From: a virus
Lineage: Duplodnaviria > Caudoviricetes
Virus record (IMG/VR): IMGVR_UViG_3300042565_002416
Location: 1 to 62,619 of that record
Length of the DNA: 62,619 nucleotides
Reading direction: 5' to 3' (one strand)
The notes beneath the pieces are model-generated. The model was not told the origin of the DNA, made no database searches, and saw only the letters and a list, made by a program, of their open reading frames with translations. Position 1 is the stretch's first letter. The number at the start of each line of letters is the position of its first letter. Both the position numbers and the translations under genes were made by a program. Positions 60,510-62,619 of this stretch are shown here, one piece after another.

Positions 60510-61793
60510 ATGAAAAAAACAAATTCAATTATTGAAGAAGCTCTAATAGAAGCAAGTCAATTAGAGGAAGCAGTTAAAGAAGTAGGTAAAGAAGTTCTAG
60601 CGTCAGCTATGAAGCAAGAAATCGAAGAGATTATTAAAAGTTCTTTAACTGAAGAAGAAGAGGTTGAATCACCTGAAATAGATTCTATGGGTATGGAAAC
60701 ACCTGAAATGCCTGAAATGCCTGAAATGCCTGAAATGCCAGAAATGGATGATGAAATTGAAGGTGATGAAGAAGTTATGGACATGACACAAGCATCAGAC
60801 GATGAAGTTATCAAAGTATTTAAAGCTATGGGTCCAGAAGATTCTATCGAAGTTACTAAAACAGAAGATGGGATACACTTAAAAGATGGGGATAAAGAAT
60901 ATATCTTACAAATGGAAGGTGTAAAAGAAATGACTGATGAAGAGCTTGATGAGTATTTAGATGAAGTTACATTTGAAGATTTTGATGATTTAGATATCGA
61001 ATTGGAGGATGAAGAAGAGTATGAGGAAGATGAAGACAATATGTATGAATTAGAGATGGATGAAAATTCTATGTCTAAATATATGGGTTCTGAAAATCCT
61101 GATACGATGGATGAAGATGAGGAATTCGAAGGTTGGATGAAAGAAATGATGGATGAATATTCTGAAGCTGATGAAGAAGTTATGTATGAAATTGAACTTT
61201 CAGAAGAAGAAGTTATTGATGAAGATGAGGATGAAGATGAGGATGAAGAAGACTTGGAAGAAGCTGCAAGAACATATGGTTTTGGTTCAAAAGACGGTTC
61301 TAGAGGGTTAAGAAAAGCTATAACACCTAACAGAAACTATTCTTATAAGAATGGTTTTAAGGTTGAATCTTTAAATAGAAAACTTTCAATCGTTGAGTCT
61401 GAATTAAATGATTATAAAGCTAAAAATGAAGAATACAAAAAAGCTTTATCTTCTTTAAAAGAAAAGATGAACGAAATGGCTGTTTACTACACTAATCTTT
61501 CATACACTAACAAATTGTTCACAGAACATACAACAACCAAAAAAGAAAAATTGGACATTCTTAAAAGATTTGATAACATAAAAAATATTAATGAATCTAA
61601 GAGTTTATTCGGAATTATTTCAGACGAGTTATCAAGTAAGAAAACTATTTCTAACTTAGGTGATTTATCAGAAAATGTAGAAAAGAGTTTAACTTCTAGT
61701 ACATCTAAATTAACTGAATCAGTAGTTTATGAAGATCCAAAAATCAAACAAATAAAAGAATTGATGAGTAAGTTAAGCCCATCAAAAAAATAA
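60510..61793 (+). CDS. Acidic prohead core/scaffolding protein
   Basis: Very Glu/Asp-rich, C-terminal coiled coil, directly before the capsid gene; cctgaaatg (PEM) microrepeat at 60702-60746. Confidence 0.75.
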   Translation: MKKTNSIIEEALIEASQLEEAVKEVGKEVLASAMKQEIEEIIKSSLTEEEEVESPEIDSMGMETPEMPEMPEMPEMPEMDDEIEGDEEVMDMTQASDDEVIKVFKAMGPEDSIEVTKTEDGIHLKDGDKEYILQMEGVKEMTDEELDEYLDEVTFEDFDDLDIELEDEEEYEEDEDNMYELEMDENSMSKYMGSENPDTMDEDEEFEGWMKEMMDEYSEADEEVMYEIELSEEEVIDEDEDEDEDEEDLEEAARTYGFGSKDGSRGLRKAITPNRNYSYKNGFKVESLNRKLSIVESELNDYKAKNEEYKKALSSLKEKMNEMAVYYTNLSYTNKLFTEHTTTKKEKLDILKRFDNIKNINESKSLFGIISDELSSKKTISNLGDLSENVEKSLTSSTSKLTESVVYEDPKIKQIKELMSKLSPSKK

Positions 61794-61826
61794 AAATAAA
61801 ATAAAACAAATAAACAAATAACAACT

Positions 61827-62619
61827 ATGAGTAGTTTTTTATTAAAATCTGGTGAAGTAGGAAACATCGGATTAAAACAAATGAAACTTGTTAGAGAGCA
61901 AACCATTGAAAAATGGAACAAAATGGGCTTTCTTGACGGTTTAGAAGGTCACACTAAAGACAATGTGGCTCAATTATTCGAAAATCAAGCTTCTTTCTTA
62001 ATCAATGAAGCAACTGCTACAGATTCAGCAGGTTCTTTCGAAACAGTAGTATTCCCTATTATCAGAAGAGTATTCTCTAAATTATTAGCTAACGAAATCG
62101 TATCTGTTCAAGCTTTGAACATGCCGATTGGTAGAATTTTCTACTTCGTTCCTAAAATTTCTGAAAGAGTAAATCTTGGTGGTGGTGTGTTTGGTCATTC
62201 AAATCCTTTTGGTTATCCAAATCCAGGAACAGGTGCTCAAGATACTACAACTTTCCAATCAACTAACTTGTACGATTCATACTATGATTCAACAAGTGGT
62301 TTGGATAACAACCAATTATTTGACAGATCTAAAGGTGCTTACCAAGAATTTACATCTAACACAACTTCAGGTTTAAGACAAATTACATTAACTACATTAT
62401 CAGCTGGTACTTCGGTATTCACTACTGTAGCTTCTAACTTATCAACAGGTTGTACAAGATATGTAACTTTAGAAGTAACAGGTTTTACTTCTGGTGGTGC
62501 TGGTAAAATCATTGGACCAAATGGTAATGAAATGGATTCAGAAGAATTCTTAGCTTCTTTCCAAATCTTAAATAACGCTAACTTATTCTGTTGTACAGGT
62601 TCTACAGGTGGTGTAGGTT
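61827..62619 (+). CDS. Major capsid protein (T4 gp23-like), 3'-truncated, missing from the ORF track
   Basis: MSSFLLKSG...EKW...GFLDGL...LFENQA...FPIIRRVF..LLANEIVSVQALNMPIGRIFY; open to the window end. Confidence 0.92.
   Translation, partial: MSSFLLKSGEVGNIGLKQMKLVREQTIEKWNKMGFLDGLEGHTKDNVAQLFENQASFLINEATATDSAGSFETVVFPIIRRVFSKLLANEIVSVQALNMPIGRIFYFVPKISERVNLGGGVFGHSNPFGYPNPGTGAQDTTTFQSTNLYDSYYDSTSGLDNNQLFDRSKGAYQEFTSNTTSGLRQITLTTLSAGTSVFTTVASNLSTGCTRYVTLEVTGFTSGGAGKIIGPNGNEMDSEEFLASFQILNNANLFCCTGSTGGVG

Noticed and set aside
60557-61039. Ser-rich minus-strand ORF, and the short ORF 62176..62376
   Set aside because: Shadows of the Glu/Asp-rich scaffold gene and of the capsid gene respectively.
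1-62619. Genome-wide stop-codon reassignment
   Set aside because: Standard code gives dense full-length genes, TAG ends several genes at sensible places, Trp is TGG, and only one internal TGA was found.

Overview
AT-rich fragment of a large contractile-tailed (T4-related, probably jumbo) phage genome. Nearly all genes are on the + strand. The host is probably Bacteroidota, based on TTG-N18-20-TAnnTTTG promoters, A-rich starts without Shine-Dalgarno sites, DUF4494- and DUF2061-like genes, an amidase with a DxNxDG insert and a tmRNA tag starting with Gly. Positions 1-32.5 kb hold a very large fibre/adhesin region: giant Gly/Ser/Thr/Cys-rich 15-aa and 17-aa repeat solenoid proteins (two with peptidase S74 chaperones), five LamG-capped proteins and an amidase endolysin. 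Further right are the tail sheath, a tmRNA, a holin candidate, the prohead protease, an acidic scaffold and the start of the major capsid gene. The most notable feature is a candidate PAPS-synthesis, sulfation and glycosylation system in two cassettes, each directly behind a repeat-fibre gene: sulfotransferase, cysC, HxGH nucleotidyltransferase and DUF2061 at 32.5-35 kb, and a GT9-like glycosyltransferase plus a second sulfotransferase at 49.5-51.2 kb. Also notable are a tmRNA with an unusually long 30-aa tag, a TATTTAT(A) motif before most structural genes, one LamG gene split by an in-frame TGA, and DNA blocks shared between fibre genes. All family assignments come from motif recognition by eye, not database searches.
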